Positions 35,970 through 50,305 of a stretch of DNA of 64,000 bases are shown here, piece by piece. Under the pieces are notes generated by a model. That model had not been told where the DNA came from, ran no database searches, and worked only from the letters and a program-made list of their open reading frames with translations. This DNA is from Eledone cirrhosa (taxonomy: Eukaryota): assembly GCA_964016885.1 (NCBI GenBank), contig CAXHJY010000142.1:1-64000 (forward strand). Direction: 5' to 3'. Each line of letters begins with the position of its first letter. Position 1 is the stretch's first letter. The translations under genes and the position numbers were made by a program.

Positions 35970-37844
35970 TCCCAGCTCAGGAATCAAACCCACGACATTA
36001 TGATCGTAAGTCCAACACCCATTATGTATTGTTTCTTGAGCAAAATACTTCATTTCACTTTGCTCCAATATACTCAGCTGAAAATGAGTACCACCAACAG
36101 CTGAGTAGGGGTTAACCCTGCGATGGACTGGTGTCCTATTCAAGAGGGAGTCTTGTACACTCAGTCGCTTCATACCACCGAAACTGGGATAAGTACAGAC
36201 CTAACAAGCGTCCTTAACTAACATACAGAATGAAAGAGTTATCTCCCATGGAATAAACGCTATCAAGCAAATATTGTGTGTGTGTGTGTGTGTGCTGCGT
36301 TTTTTAAATTTCTAGTCAAGAAAGTAAAGGTGCAAAAGCTACAACTCTTATAGGGTCTCCGAAACTGGTGGTGTACTTAATTATATCAACTCCGAATGAA
36401 TGACAGGAAAAAGTAATTTCGACAGGATTTAAACTCAAAACGCACAGAACGGAAATAAACTTTTGAAGACGGTGTAACGACTCTACAATATCAGGTTCGG
36501 ATATGTTCGTAACATTCAAAATATAAACAAATGTTTTATTGTAAAAATGAAAGTGTCTTTTGTTGTTATGAAAACGGGAATGGCAAGGGCTCTAGGGTCA
36601 CAGAAGAATGGGAAGGTGATAGGCTCTGTGCCTAGGGAGCAGCGGAATTGGGACTGCACCTCGCGGGGCTCCTTTCCCAGATGGGCTGCTGGCAGTACGG
36701 GGTCCAAATACTCCTATGGTCAAAATATTAATCTTTTATTTTCTGAAAGACATTGTATGGGAGGTAACTCTTCGATGTCTGTGTGTATTAATTGTTTCTA
36801 CTTTTGGCACAAGGCCAGCAATACCCAGTGCATTAGTGGTACTTTATTTTATCGACCCCGTAAGGATGAAAGGCAAAGTCAACCTCGGCGGGATTTGTGT
36901 GTGTATTAATAACGGTTTCTTATATAGACAGAAGGCCAGCAATTTTGGGGGAGGGGAAAGTCGATTGAATCGACTTCAGTGCATGACTGTTACTTTATTT
37001 TATCGACCCCGTAAGGATGAAAGGCAAAGTTAACTTCGGCAGGATTGTGTGTATTAATAACCTCCCTATAGTATCGGAGCTGTGATCTCTCAATTCAGAG
37101 AAAGTAACGGCTTTGCCTGGAGTGACTCTCTGATCTCCCAGCTACATACTTTATCGAGTAACGTTACCCCAAAGACCATATATATATATGTGTGTGTGGG
37201 GGTAAGTTCCTCTGTAAGGTAGTTTTGTTGGTGACACAATGGAAAAGTCCAACCTGTCAGTCATTTTCGTGCCACTGTAAATGTGGTTGGTGTTAGGAAG
37301 GGCATCCAGCCGTAGAAACCAAACCAGAAACAGTCCTGTATGAGTAAGACATCGTCACCAGTCCTGACTTGTCTCACAATGTGACAGCATAGAAAATGGA
37401 TGTTAAACAGTGATGGTGATGATGATGATGTATGTCTGTGTTTGTTTAAGTTTGATAAATTAGTGGTTTGACAAAAAGAGATTTATGAAATAAGTACAAG
37501 ACTTGAAAAAAAAGTATTGGGATTGATATGGTTGACTAAATCCCTTCCAAGTGGTGATCCAGTATGGCCTCAGTTTAATGACTGAAACCAGTAAAAAAAA
37601 AAATGTATTCCTCACATTAAATATATTTAGGCACCATTGATGTATATTCTGTTCTTTATCAATCTTTCAAGCTACAGTACATACTTGTACATAAGTCACA
37701 GTTTAAAATAAACAAACAAGTGGTGTATAGAAAGCCTAGCGGCAATGCAAGCAAGTTGGCTTGCTTCACAATGTATTAAAGGGAGGCTCTGGTGCCTTTT
37801 GTGGTGTGTTATTGATTGATGCACTAATTGTATTGAAGGGCAAT

Positions 37845-38025
37845 GGATTGGCAGTATCGATAGAACATCGGATGCCATACTTTGCAGCATAGTAATGGCC
37901 CTTTATGTTCAGAGTTCAAATCTTGCTGAGGTTAGCTTTGCCTTTCTTCTTTATGGGGGCGATAAAATAAAGTACCAGTAATGCACTGGGGTAATTGCTG
38001 GCCTTGTGCCAAAAGTAGAAACAAT
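37845..38025 (+). mobile_element. Nin-like tRNA SINE
   Basis: GGATTGGCAGTATCGATAG...GAGTTCAAATC...GATAAAATAAAGTACCAG...GGCCTTGTGCC. Confidence 0.8.
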
Positions 38026-38244
38026 TACTTAGTATTGAATTAATATTTACTTTCCTTTTTTTTAATGTGAAATATTTCTGTAACTAAGTATTGTATATTT
38101 CATTTGTATGTATATTTTCATTCTGTAAGAATTAGAAGTAATTTGTAATTTTAATATACAATTCTGAATAAATACCCATTCTGAAAAGATGATGGGATGG
38201 TCATGTCTGGAACAACAGTCCATCTATGTTGATTTGATAGTTGA

Positions 38245-38402
38245 TTGATGATGATGATGATGATGTCATTGATTGTGATCATGATGACGATGGTGATGGT
38301 GATGGTGATGATGATAGTGATGGTGATGATGGTGATGACACTGATGATTATGATGATGATGGCACTGGTGAAGATTGTGATGATGATGATGGTGATGACG
38401 TC
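38245..38402. repeat. (GAT)n degenerate microsatellite
   Basis: Directly visible. Confidence 0.9.
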
Positions 38403-40514
38403 ATTGCCAACTAAAAACAGGTGTTGATGGAATTTGTCTAAACCACTCCTAAAGAAGAACTCTTGTTAGTGATGTTTACATTAGAAGTTTGGCGTCTTCT
38501 GAAATTAGTTCATTCAACATCAGGGTAGACAAATGGTTAGGGTTGGTGGTAAACAGATATAGTAGATAGGTAGGTAGATGGATAGATAAATAAATATATA
38601 TATTATATATTAAAATTAAATGGGAAAAATCTCTAATTCTGGGAGTATAAACAAGATAGAGAAAAAAAATTCCGCTTATATATAGATCTCCCTACCGTGG
38701 TTTCGTATGGGGAAGAATTATTATTATAATAATATATATGTATTATAAGAACAAAGTGGAGTTATATATATGATAGATAACTAGATAGATTGATAGATAG
38801 ACTGATTGATAGATATAAATAGATAGAAAGACAGACAGATAGATAGATAGACAGACAAATGTATACTGTTGCCATTTTTTGCTACTTTCACTCACCTATT
38901 GGTAAATTTACTGGAGGAGAGCACACACCCCTTCCACCCTCTCTCGTTTCCAAGTGAAACTTGAAAAAGCTGATGAGATCTTGACCAAAATGGAATGTGT
39001 CTGTCTTCAGCCCCATCAGTCTTGTTCACGACACAACTTCTTTTGCCATACCAGATACTAATGGTTTCTGATTTAGGCACAAGGCCAGCAATTTGGGTGG
39101 GGGTGAAGGGAAAGTTGATTAACGATTAAATCGACCCCAGTACTTGATTGGTACTTTATTTTATTGACCTTTGAACAAAGAAAGGCAAAGTTAACCTTGG
39201 CGGGATTTGAATTCAGGAAGTAAAGAGCCAGACCAAATATTGACAATAGCAGCCTCCATGGAAGCCTAGACATAATGATGATGATGATGGCAATTATTAT
39301 TATTATTACTAATCTAATTCTAGCCTAACATGTTAAACAGGTTACTATTAGATTTTCTATAGATAGGTTTGATAAAAGGTTAACAGAAATAACCACACAA
39401 TCAGTACAGTATATGGAAGGAATATATTAGTTTAACGCTTAAAAAGAAAGTCTTAATGTTTCAGATGCTAGTCCTGTATACACACACACACACATATATA
39501 TATACACACTACAGTGTAGTTGATTCAGTGAATTACTTGTGGTGGTACCAATATGAGCACTCAGTGTACAGACAGAGTGTATATAAAAATAAAAAAAAAT
39601 AAAAATATATATATATATATACTGTTTACAATAAACAGCTTAGTATGATAGAATCAAGAGCAATTTCAAGGGGTGTGACATTAAACATTTAAAAGGCTAA
39701 TAGAAACAACGCCCCCCCCCCCCCCACCCCCACACACACACACACAACCCACCTACCCACTTTCTTTCTCTCAGATGGCAAACATCTAACTTCCTCATTA
39801 TTAGATGTGCTTGGTGCAAAAATTATGATGCAATGTTTTTAGATATATTTAACCATTTTACAAAAAAAATAAATAAATAACCCAGTTTTGTATTGTAGAA
39901 TCAGAGACAGTTGCAGGGAATTTGGCATTAAATGTGTTAAAGGTTGATAAACATCTGAGTTCTATCTGTAGATCTTTTTATTTTTTTCTCTGTAGATCTG
40001 TTGAAGAGAGACAGATATATGCTCATCATCATCATCATTTAATGTCTATTTTCCACGCTGGCATGGGTTAGACGGGTTTTTTCCCATTGAGGGCAAGTTG
40101 GGTGGGGTGACCATGTCTTGCTCATATAGGACTGTTTCTACGGCTGGATGCCATATCTTTTTATTTTTTTCTCTACAGAATATATGTTGAAGAGAGACAG
40201 GGATATGTTCATAGGTGTTTTTGTTTTTTCTCTGCAGAATCTGTTGAAGAGAGACAGGGATAGTCTCAAGCATAGAATCAGTGATTAGAGTACTAAAGGT
40301 TAATGCTGTAAAGATCAAAGTATATAAATTAGTAATAGAAACCACAAAGTATATGAACCATCTGGTGAATGGCCTTGTTAGATATGTAGGAAAGGAAAGG
40401 AAGTACAGAGGAACTTGATACTGTGTATTTCAGTGCAAGCAATTGGTACATGAAATGTGGTGCAGGTTGGCTGGCATATTGACAAGCGAACCAGGCAGAC
40501 TTTCAAATGTTATA

Positions 40515-40900
40515 GGATAGATGTACTATATAGAGGAATAGTTAGCTGTAATTGGGGCAGCCAATGTTATGTAGATAGTTAGCTTAAAGGGGACAGCTAA
40601 TGCTATATAGATAGATGTACTACATAAGGGAATAGTTAGCTTAAAGGGGACAGCCAATGTTTTATAGATAGATGTACTACATAGAGGAATAGTTAGCTTA
40701 AAGGGGGCAGCCAATGCTATATAGATAGATGTACTACATAAGGGAATAGTTAGGTTAAAGGGGACAGCCAATGGTATATAGATAGATGTACTACATAAGG
40801 GAATAGTTAGCTTAAAGGGGGCAGCCAATGGTATATAGATAGATGTACTACATAAGGGAATAGTTAGGTTAAAGGGGACAGCCAATGTTATATAGATAAA
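40515..40900. repeat. 57-bp minisatellite (about 6 copies)
   Basis: GATGTACTAC recurs at 40614, 40671 and 40728 (57-bp period). Confidence 0.9.
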
Positions 40901-41049
40901 TGCACATAGGAATAGTTAGAGGGTTGTAGAGTACAGCAAGTTATATATAAATAGATGTAAGAGACAGCTAGCATTTACAGACAGATGTACATAGAGCCAT
41001 AGAGGGTACAGGCAGTGTTATATAGTTGTAAGTGTAGAGAAAGTGTTAT

Positions 41050-44000
41050 ATAGTTAGCACTAGGGTACATACAGTGTTATATAGTTGGGTGTAAGTATAT
41101 AGCTAGTGTTATATAGTTAGCTGTAAGTGTACAGTGTTATATAGCTGTAAGTGTACAACCAGTGTTATATAGTTAGCTGTAGGGTACAGTGTCATATAGA
41201 GTAGTTAGTTAGCTGTAAGATACAGTGTCATACAGAGTAGTTAGCTGTAAGGTAGAGTGTCAAATAGAGTAGTTAGTTAGCTGTAGGGTACAGTGTCATA
41301 CAGAGTAGCTAGCTGTAAGGTACAGTGTCATATAGAGTAGTTAGCTGTAAGATACAGTGTCAAATAGAGTAGTTAGCTGTAAGGTAGAGTGTCATATAGA
41401 GGAGTTAGTTAGCTGTAGGGTACAGTGTCATACAGAGTAGTTAGTTAGCTGTAGGCTACAGTGTCATATAGAGGAGTAGTTAGTTAGCTGTAGGGTACAG
41501 TGTCATACAGAGTATTTAGTTAGCTGTAAGGTACAGTGTCACATAGAGGAGTTAGCTAGCTGTAAGGTAGAGTGTCATATAGAGTAGTAGTTAATTAGCT
41601 GTAGGGTACAGTGTTATACAGAGGAGTTAGTTAGCTGTAAGGTAGAGTGTCATATAGAGTAGTTAATTAGCTGTAAGATACAGTGTCATATAGAGGAGTT
41701 AGTTAGCTGTAAGGTAGAGTGTCATATAGAGGTGATAGTTAGCTGTAGGGTACAGTGTCATATAGAGGAGTTAGTTAGCTGTAGGGTAGTGTCATATAGA
41801 GTAGTTGGTTAGCTGTAAGGTAGAGTGTCATATAGAGGAGTAGTTAGTTAGCTGTAAGGTACAGTGTCATACAGAGGAGTTAGTTAGCTGTAGGGTACAG
41901 TGTCATATAGAGTAGTTAGTTAGCTGTCAGGTACAGTGTCATATAGAGGAGTTAATTAGCTGTAGGGTACAGTGTCATATAGAGTAGTTAGTTAGCTGTC
42001 AGGTACAGTGTCATATAGAGGAGTTAATTAGCTGTAGGGTACAGTGTCATACAGAGTAGTTGGTTAGCTGTAAGGTAGAGTGTCATATAGAGTAGTTAGC
42101 TGTAAGGTACAGTGTCATATAGAGTAGTTAGCTGTAAGGTAGAGTGTCATATAGAGGAGTTAGTTAGCTGTAGGGTACAGTGTTATACAGAGGAGTGAGT
42201 TAGCTGTAGGGTACAGTGTCATATAGAGTAGTTAGTTAGCTGTAGGGTACAGTGCCATACAGAGTAGTTAGTTAGCTGTAGGGTACAGTGTCATATAGAG
42301 TAGTTAGCTGTAAGGTACAGTGTCATATAGAGTAATTAGTTAGCTGTAGGGTACAGTGTCATACAGAGTAGTTAGTTAGCTGTCAGGTACAGTGTCATAT
42401 AGAGGAGTTAATTAGCTGTAGGGTACAGTGTCATACAGAGTAGTTGGTTAGCTGTAAGGTAGAGTGTCATATAGAGTAGTTAGCTGTAAGGTACAGTGTC
42501 ATATAGAGTAGTTAGCTGTAAGGTAGAGTGTCATATAGAGGAGTTAGTTAGCTGTAGGGTACAGTGTTATACAGAGGAGTGAGTTAGCTGTAGGGTACAG
42601 TGTCATATAGAGTAGTTAGTTAGCTGTAGGGTACAGTGCCATACAGAGTAGTTAGTTAGCTGTAGGGTACAGTGTCATATAGAGTAGTTAGCTGTAAGGT
42701 ACAGTGTCATATAGAGTAATTAGTTAGCTGTAGGGTACAGTGTCATACAGAGTAGTTAGTTAGCTGTCAGGTACAGTGTCATATAGAGGAGTTAATTAGC
42801 TGTAGGGTACAGTGTCATACAGAGTAGTTGGTTAGCTGTAAGGTAGAGTGTCATATAGAGTAGTTAGCTGTAAGGTACAGTGTCATATAGAGTAGTTAGC
42901 TGTAAGGTAGAGTGTCATATAGAGGAGTTAGTTAGCTGTAGGGTACAGTGTTATACAGAGGAGTGAGTTAGCTGTAGGGTACAGTGTCATATAGAGTAGT
43001 TAGTTAGCTGTAGGGTACAGTGCCATACAGAGTAGTTAGTTAGCTGTAGGGTACAGTGTCATATAGAGTAGTTAGCTGTAAGGTACAGTGTCATATAGAG
43101 TAATTAGTTAGCTGTAGGGTACAGTGTCATACAGAGTAGTTAGTTAGCTGTAAGGTAGAGTGTCATATAGAGGAGTTAGTTAGCAGTAGGGTACAGTGTC
43201 ATATAGAGGAGTTAATTAGCTGTAGGGTACAGTGTCATACAGAGTAGTTAGTTAGCTGTCAGGTACAGTGTCATATAGAGGAGTTAATTAGCTGTAGGGT
43301 ACAGTGTCATATAGAGTATTTAGTTAGCTGTAAGGTACAGTGTCATATAGAGTAGTAGTTAATTAGCTGTAGGGTACAGTGTCATACAGAGGAGTTAGTT
43401 AGCTGTAGGGTACAGTGTCATATAGAGTAGTTAGCTGTAAGGTAGAGTGTCATATAGAGTATTTAGTTAGCTGTAAGGTACAGTGTCATATAGAGGTGAT
43501 AGTTAGCTGTAGGGTACAGTGTCATACAGAGGAGTTAGTTAGCTCTAGGGTACAGTGTCATATAGAGTAGTTAGCTGTAAGGCAGAGTGTCATATAGAGG
43601 ATTTAGTTAACTGTAGAGTACAGTGTCATATAGAGTAGTTAGTTAGCTGTAAGGTACAGTGTCATATAGAGTAGTTAGTTATCTGTAGGGTACAGTGTCA
43701 TATAGAGTAGTTAGTTATCTGTAGGGTACAGTGTCATATAGAGTAGTTAGTTAGCTGTAGGGTACTGTGTCATGCAGAGGAGTTAGTTAGCTGTAGGGTA
43801 CAGTGTCATATAGAGTAGTTAGTTATCTGTAGGGTACAGTGTCATATAGAGTAGTTAGTTAGCTGTAGGGTACTGTGTCATATAGAGTAGTTAGTTATCT
43901 GTAGGGTACAGTGTCATATAGAGTAGTTAGTTAGCTGTAGGGTACTGTGTCATGCAGAGGAGTTAGTTAGCTGTAAGGTACAGTGTCATATAGAGTAGTT

Positions 44001-47000
44001 AGTTATCTGTAGGGTACAGTGTCATATAGAGTAGTTAGTTAGCTGTAGGGTACTGTGTCATATAGAGTAGTTAGTTATCTGTAGGGTACAGTGTCATATA
44101 GAGTAGTTAGTTAGCTGTAGGGTACTGTGTCATGCAGAGGAGTTAGTTAGCTGTAGGGTACAGTGTCATATAGAGTAGTTAGTTATCTGTAGGGTACAGT
44201 GTCATATAGAGTAGTTAGTTAGCTGTAGGGTACTGTGTCATGCAGAGGAGTTAGTTAGCTGTAGGGTACAGTGTCATATAGAGGAGTTAGTTAGCTGTAG
44301 GGTACACTGTCATATAGAGTAGTTAGTTAGCTGTAGGGTACACTGTCATATAGAGTAGTTAGTTAGCTGTAGGGTACAGTGTCATGCAGAGGAGTTAGCT
44401 GTAAGGTACAGTGTCATACAGAGTAGTTACTTAGCTGTAAGGTACAGTGTCATATAGAGTAGTTAGTTAGCTGTAAGGTACAGTGTCATATAGAGTAGTA
44501 GTTAGCTGTAAGGTACAGTGTCATATAGAGTAGTTAATTAGCTGTAGGGTACAGTGTCATATAGAGTAGTTAGTTAGCTGTCAGGTACAGTGTCATATAG
44601 AGGAGTTAATTAGCTGTAGGGTACAGTGTCATACAGAGGAGTTAGTTAGCTGTAAGGTAGAGTGTCATATAGAGTAGTTAGCTATAAGGTACAGTGTCAT
44701 ATAGAGTAGTTAATTAGCTGTAAGATACAGAGTCATATAGAGGAGTTAGTTAGCTGTAGGGTAGTGTCATATAGAGTAGTTGGTTAGCTGTAAGGTAGAG
44801 TGTCATATAGAGGAGTAGTTAGTTAGCTGTAGGGTACAGTGTCATATAGAGTAGTTAGTTAGCTGTAAGGTAGAGTGTCATATAGAGTAGTTGGTTAGCT
44901 GTAAGGTAGAGTGTCATATAGAGGAGTAGTTAGTTAGCTGTAGGGTACAGTGTCATATAGAGTAGTTAGTTAGCTGTAAGGTAGAGTGTCATATAGAGTA
45001 TTTAGTTAGCTGTAGGGTACAGTGTCATATAGAGTAGTTAGCTGTAAGGTACAGTGTCATATAGAGTAGTTAGCTGTAAGGTAGAGTGTCATATAGAGGA
45101 GTTAGTTAGCTGTAGGGTACAGTGTTATACAGAGGAGTGAGTTAGCTGTAGGGTACAGTGTCATATAGAGTAGTTAGTTAGCTGTAGGGTACATTGTCAT
45201 ATAGAGTAGTTAGTTAGCTGTAAGGTACAGTGTCATATAGAGGAGTAGTTAGTTAGCTGTAGGGTACAGTGTCATATAGAGTAGTTAGTTAGCTGTAAGG
45301 TACAGTGTCATATAGAGTAGTTAGTTAGCTGTAGGGTACAGTGTCATATAGAGTAGTTAGTTAGCTGTAAGGTACAGTGTCATATAGAGGAGTAGTTAGT
45401 TAGCTGTAGGGTACAGTGTCATATAGAGTAGTTAGTTAGCTGTAGGGTACAGTGTCATACAGAGGAGTTAGTTAGCTGTAAGGTACAGTGTCATATAGAG
45501 TATTTAGTTAGCTGTAGGGTACAGTGTCATACAGAGTAGTTAGTTAGCTGTAGGGTACAGTGTCATACAGAGGAGTTAGTTAGCTGTAAGGTACAGTGTC
45601 ATATAGAGTATTTAGTTAGCTGTAGGGTACAGTGTCATACAGAGTAGTTAGTTAGCTGTAAGGTAGAGTGTCATATAGAGTAGTTAGCTGTAAGGTAGAG
45701 TGTCATATAGAGGAGTTAGTTAGCTGTAGGGTACTGTGTCATGCAGAGGAGTTAGTTAGCTGTAGGGTACAGTGTCATACAGAGGAGTTAGTTAGCTGTA
45801 GGGTACAGTGTCATATAGAGTAGTTAGCTGTAAGGTACAGTGTCATATAGAGTAATTAGTTAGCTGTAGGGTACAGTGTCATACAGAGTAGTTAGTTAGC
45901 TGTAAGGTAGAGTGTCATATAGAGTAGTTAATTAGCTGTAAGATACAGAGTCATATAGAGGAGTTAGTTAGCTGTAGGGTAGTGTCATATAGAGTAGTTG
46001 GTTAGCTGTAAGGTAGAGTGTCATATAGAGGAGTAGTTAGTTAGCTGTAGGGTACAGTGTCATATAGAGTAGTTAGTTAGCTGTAAGGTAGAGTGTCATA
46101 TAGAGTAGTTGGTTAGCTGTAAGGTAGAGTGTCATATAGAGGAGTAGTTAGTTAGCTGTAGGGTACAGTGTCATATAGAGTAGTTAGTTAGCTGTAAGGT
46201 AGAGTGTCATATAGAGTATTTAGTTAGCTGTAGGGTACAGTGTCATATAGAGTAGTTAGCTGTAAGGTACAGTGTCATATAGAGTAGTTAGCTGTAAGGT
46301 AGAGTGTCATATAGAGGAGTTAGTTAGCTGTAGGGTACAGTGTTATACAGAGGAGTGAGTTAGCTGTAGGGTACAGTGTCATATAGAGTAGTTAGTTAGC
46401 TGTAGGGTACATTGTCATATAGAGTAGTTAGTTAGCTGTAAGGTACAGTGTCATATAGAGGAGTAGTTAGTTAGCTGTAGGGTACAGTGTCATATAGAGT
46501 AGTTAGTTAGCTGTAAGGTACAGTGTCATATAGAGTAGTTAGTTAGCTGTAGGGTACAGTGTCATATAGAGTAGTTAGTTAGCTGTAAGGTACAGTGTCA
46601 TATAGAGGAGTAGTTAGTTAGCTGTAGGGTACAGTGTCATATAGAGTAGTTAGTTAGCTGTAGGGTACAGTGCCATACAGAGTAGTTAGTTAGCTGTAGG
46701 GTACAGTGTCATACAGAGGAGTTAGTTAGCTGTAAGGTACAGTGTCATATAGAGTATTTAGTTAGCTGTAGGGTACAGTGTCATACAGAGTAGTTAGTTA
46801 GCTGTAAGGTAGAGTGTCATATAGAGTAGTTAGCTGTAAGGTAGAGTGTCATATAGAGGAGTTAGTTAGCTGTAGGGTACTGTGTCATGCAGAGGAGTTA
46901 GTTAGCTGTAGGGTACAGTGTCATACAGAGGAGTTAGTTAGCTGTAGGGTACAGTGTCATATAGAGTAGTTAGCTGTAAGGTACAGTGTCATATAGAGTA

Positions 47001-48262
47001 ATTAGTTAGCTGTAGGGTACAGTGTCATACAGAGTAGTTAGTTAGCTGTAAGGTAGAGTGTCATATAGAGGAGTTAGTTAGCAGTAGGGTACAGTGTCAT
47101 ACAGAGGAGTTAGTTAGCTGTAGGGTACAGTGTCATATAGAGTAGTTAGCTGTAAGGTAGAGTGTCATATAGAGTATTTAGTTAGCTGTAAGGTACAGTG
47201 TCATATAGAGTAGTTAGCTGTAAGGTAGAGTGTCATATAGAGTATTTAGTTAGCTGTAAGGTACAGTGTCATATAGAGTAGTTAGCTGTAAGGTAGAGTG
47301 TCATATAGAGTATTTAGTTAGCTGTAAGGTACAGTGTCATATAGAGTAGTAGTTAATTAGCTGTAGGGTACAGTGTCATACAGAGGAGTTAGTTAGCTGT
47401 AGGGTACAGTGTCATATAGAGTAGTTAGCTGTAAGGTAGAGTGTCATATAGAGGATTTAGTTAGCTGTAAGGTACAGTGTCATATAGAGGTGATAGTTAG
47501 CTCTAGGGTACAGTGTCATATAGAGTAGTTAGTTAGCTGTAAGGCAGAGTGTCATATAGAGGAGTAGTTAGTTAGCTGTAGGGTACACTGTCATATAGAG
47601 GATTTAGTTAACTGTAGAGTACAGTGTCATACAGAGTAGTTAGTTAGCTGTAAGGTACAGTGTCATATAGAGTAGTTAGTTAGCTGTAAGGTACAGTGTC
47701 ATATAGAGTAGTTAGTTATCTGTAGGGTACAGTGTCATATAGAGTAGTTAGTTATCTGTAGGGTACAGTGTCATATAGAGTAGTTAGCTGTAGGGTACAG
47801 TGTCATATAGAGTAGTTAGTTAGCTGTAGGGTACTGTGTCATGCAGAGGAGTTAGTTAGCTGTAAGGTACAGTGTCATATAGAGTAGTTAGTTAGCTGTA
47901 GGGTACACTGTCATATAGAGTAGTTAGTTAGCTGTAGGGTACACTGTCATATAGAGTAGTTAGTTAGCTGTAGGGTACAGTGTCATGCAGAGGAGTTAGT
48001 TAGCTGTAAGGTACAGTGTCATACAGAGTAGTTACTTAGCTGTAAGGTACAGTGTCATATAGAGTAGTTAGTTAGCTGTAAGGTACAGTGTCATATAGAG
48101 TAGTAGTTAGCTGTAAGGTACAGTGTCATATAGAGGAGTAGTTAGTTAGCTGTAAGGTACAGTGTCATATAGAGTAGTTAGTTAGCTGTAAGGAACAGTG
48201 TCATATAGAGTAGTTAGTTAGCTGTAAGGTAGAGTGTCATATAGAGTAGTAGTTAGTTGTAA
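41050..48262. repeat. 7.2-kb satellite of 32/36/39-bp monomers with higher-order repeats
   Basis: Monomer AGTT(AGTT)AGCTGTA(G/A)GGTA(C/G)AGTGTCATATAGAG(T/G); about 200 copies. Confidence 0.97.
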
Positions 48263-48909
48263 GGGAGACAGGCAGTCTTTTAACGGATGAAATAGATAGT
48301 TTACTAGATATAATCTAGTCAATTTGTTTCTATTACATTGGTGACATAATTATTTCTGTGGTATTATTACCAATAAGAGATGCATATTTCATTGGTATGG
48401 CTACCAATCTGGTGGTTATATATTACAGAGGTGCATATTTCAGTATGTCCACCATGGCTGTGAGGTGGCCAGTCTGTGGGTCCCATTTGCTCATAATAGT
48501 GAGAGATGGTAGAGTGGAGAGACGGAGGCAATGACAGTGGGAGTTTGGCTCTGATCTGGTGTAAGTGTATATGTCTCACGGGCATGCACTCACTCTAGAT
48601 ATATCCAGGACTAGGTTATCTAGTATATTCAATCCTTTTTGTTTACAAAAGGCTAAGATGCAGTTTGAGGGGGATTTGGCTGCTATTTCTTTCAAGCAGG
48701 TTAACAGACTGTGTAGCGCAGGCATGTCAAACTGAGGGTCCCCCGAGGACCACATGGGTCACATATGTGTTGTCTGAGGGCCACATACGACAACTAAATA
48801 CGCACATTACAACACAGTTTTTAAATTTTATATTACAAAGATAAAACATGCTCGCGCTGTAAATTTTATTAAGTAATGTATTTGTATATACATGTTTACA
48901 CACACACAC

Positions 48910-48965
<56 letters not shown>

Positions 48966-48988
48966 GCACCCACGCATGTGTGTATATG

Positions 48989-49779
48989 TGTTACCAGTAA
49001 GCACGGTAGAACGGATCAACAACAAAGTTTAGTAACCATGAAATCCCGACTTCTCTCCTGTGTGTGCATCTTTGGCGACGACTCTAGACTATTCAAGAAA
49101 TTTCAGTTGGATTGCGTAATGTTTGTATTAAAATAGAATAAAATAATTACATAGCAATAGTAGAGGAAAGTTGGGAGTGAGCGCCATTCTCTACACCCGA
49201 ATCTAGGTGGTACAGAAGGGAGCGACAGACTCTACACCCCAGTCTAAGGTGGTATATCACAGCTGCGACCCCGCGGATAAATAGGCGACGGCATTGCGGC
49301 AGAGAAACATCGACACTACCAGCTGCATCAGCCATTCCACTTCACGGGGAACTGTTTCCTCAGGCGGGATATACTCAATTCCTCCTAATTTTGTGAAGGA
49401 GAGCGGCGGTTCGGGGAACGAGGATAGCAGAGGTCTCGACGACGGCGACCCAACACGAAAAAGAAGCGGTCAGTCAGGTCACCCGGTATTTCACTATCTT
49501 TCCCTCCTCAGTTGTTACAAACGGCAGTTCCGATTTGTGACTTCTATTTGAAATTAGGGAGACTTTACGGAAACCCATCATACGAAGTGTATCCTGTAAT
49601 TGAAAGGGCCAGTTGATTCTGACTGAGAATTACATTAGGGTACACGTGTTTGTGAAATATTACTCAATCAATAATTCAACGAGTAAAGTAGTCTAGTTCG
49701 GTTGATTGAACGACTGGAATACTCAGGTCGAAACCGATGAAGATCCCTTTCATTTTTTTTTTTACTATAACCAGTAACA
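48989..49779 (+). mobile_element. Candidate solo LTR
   Basis: Starts TGTTAC and ends GTAACA; CpG-rich interior with TATA-like GATAAATAG (about 49276) and AGTAAA about 95 bp from the end. No TSD seen. Confidence 0.35.
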
Positions 49780-50235
49780 AAACTGTCCCTTCTATCGCAG
49801 ATGATGACTTAACTGGCTGACTTCTTTAGTCAAGCATAAAACCAATCAGTTTATCCATCAACACCACCACTACCGCCACTACTACTACTACTACTATTGC
49901 TACTGCTATTGTTACTACTATTACTACTACTATTACTACTACTGCTGTTACTACTACTACTAGTGCTGCTGCGGCTGTTACTACTACTACTACTACCAGC
50001 CCTACCTTCCCTCATTGACTACGACATCTCACCCCCCAACCCGTCTTTAAAACAACAATAACAAAACAGTAATTGCCATGCTCTCTTATTTTGCCAAGCA
50101 CCTACAGATGATCATCTCTATACCGCTTATTCTCTAGCATGTCGACCGACCGAAACAATTCTCAGCAAGATATATATCATGCTGTTATTCCGTTGGCTTC
50201 ATTCTCCCATTAGATCTTTTATATTTTTATAACAC

Positions 50236-50305
<70 letters not shown>

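Noticed and set aside
41050-48262. Regular 32-39-bp repeats as a possible CRISPR array
   Set aside because: Monomers are contiguous with no unique spacers, there are no cas genes, and the context is eukaryotic.
49294-49551. 85-aa ORF in the CpG-rich segment
   Set aside because: Non-ATG start, no recognisable domain, and no supporting splice structure.
49700-49745. GAC...GTCGAAACC as a hammerhead
   Set aside because: No CUGANGA box at the right position and no NUH/stem I match.
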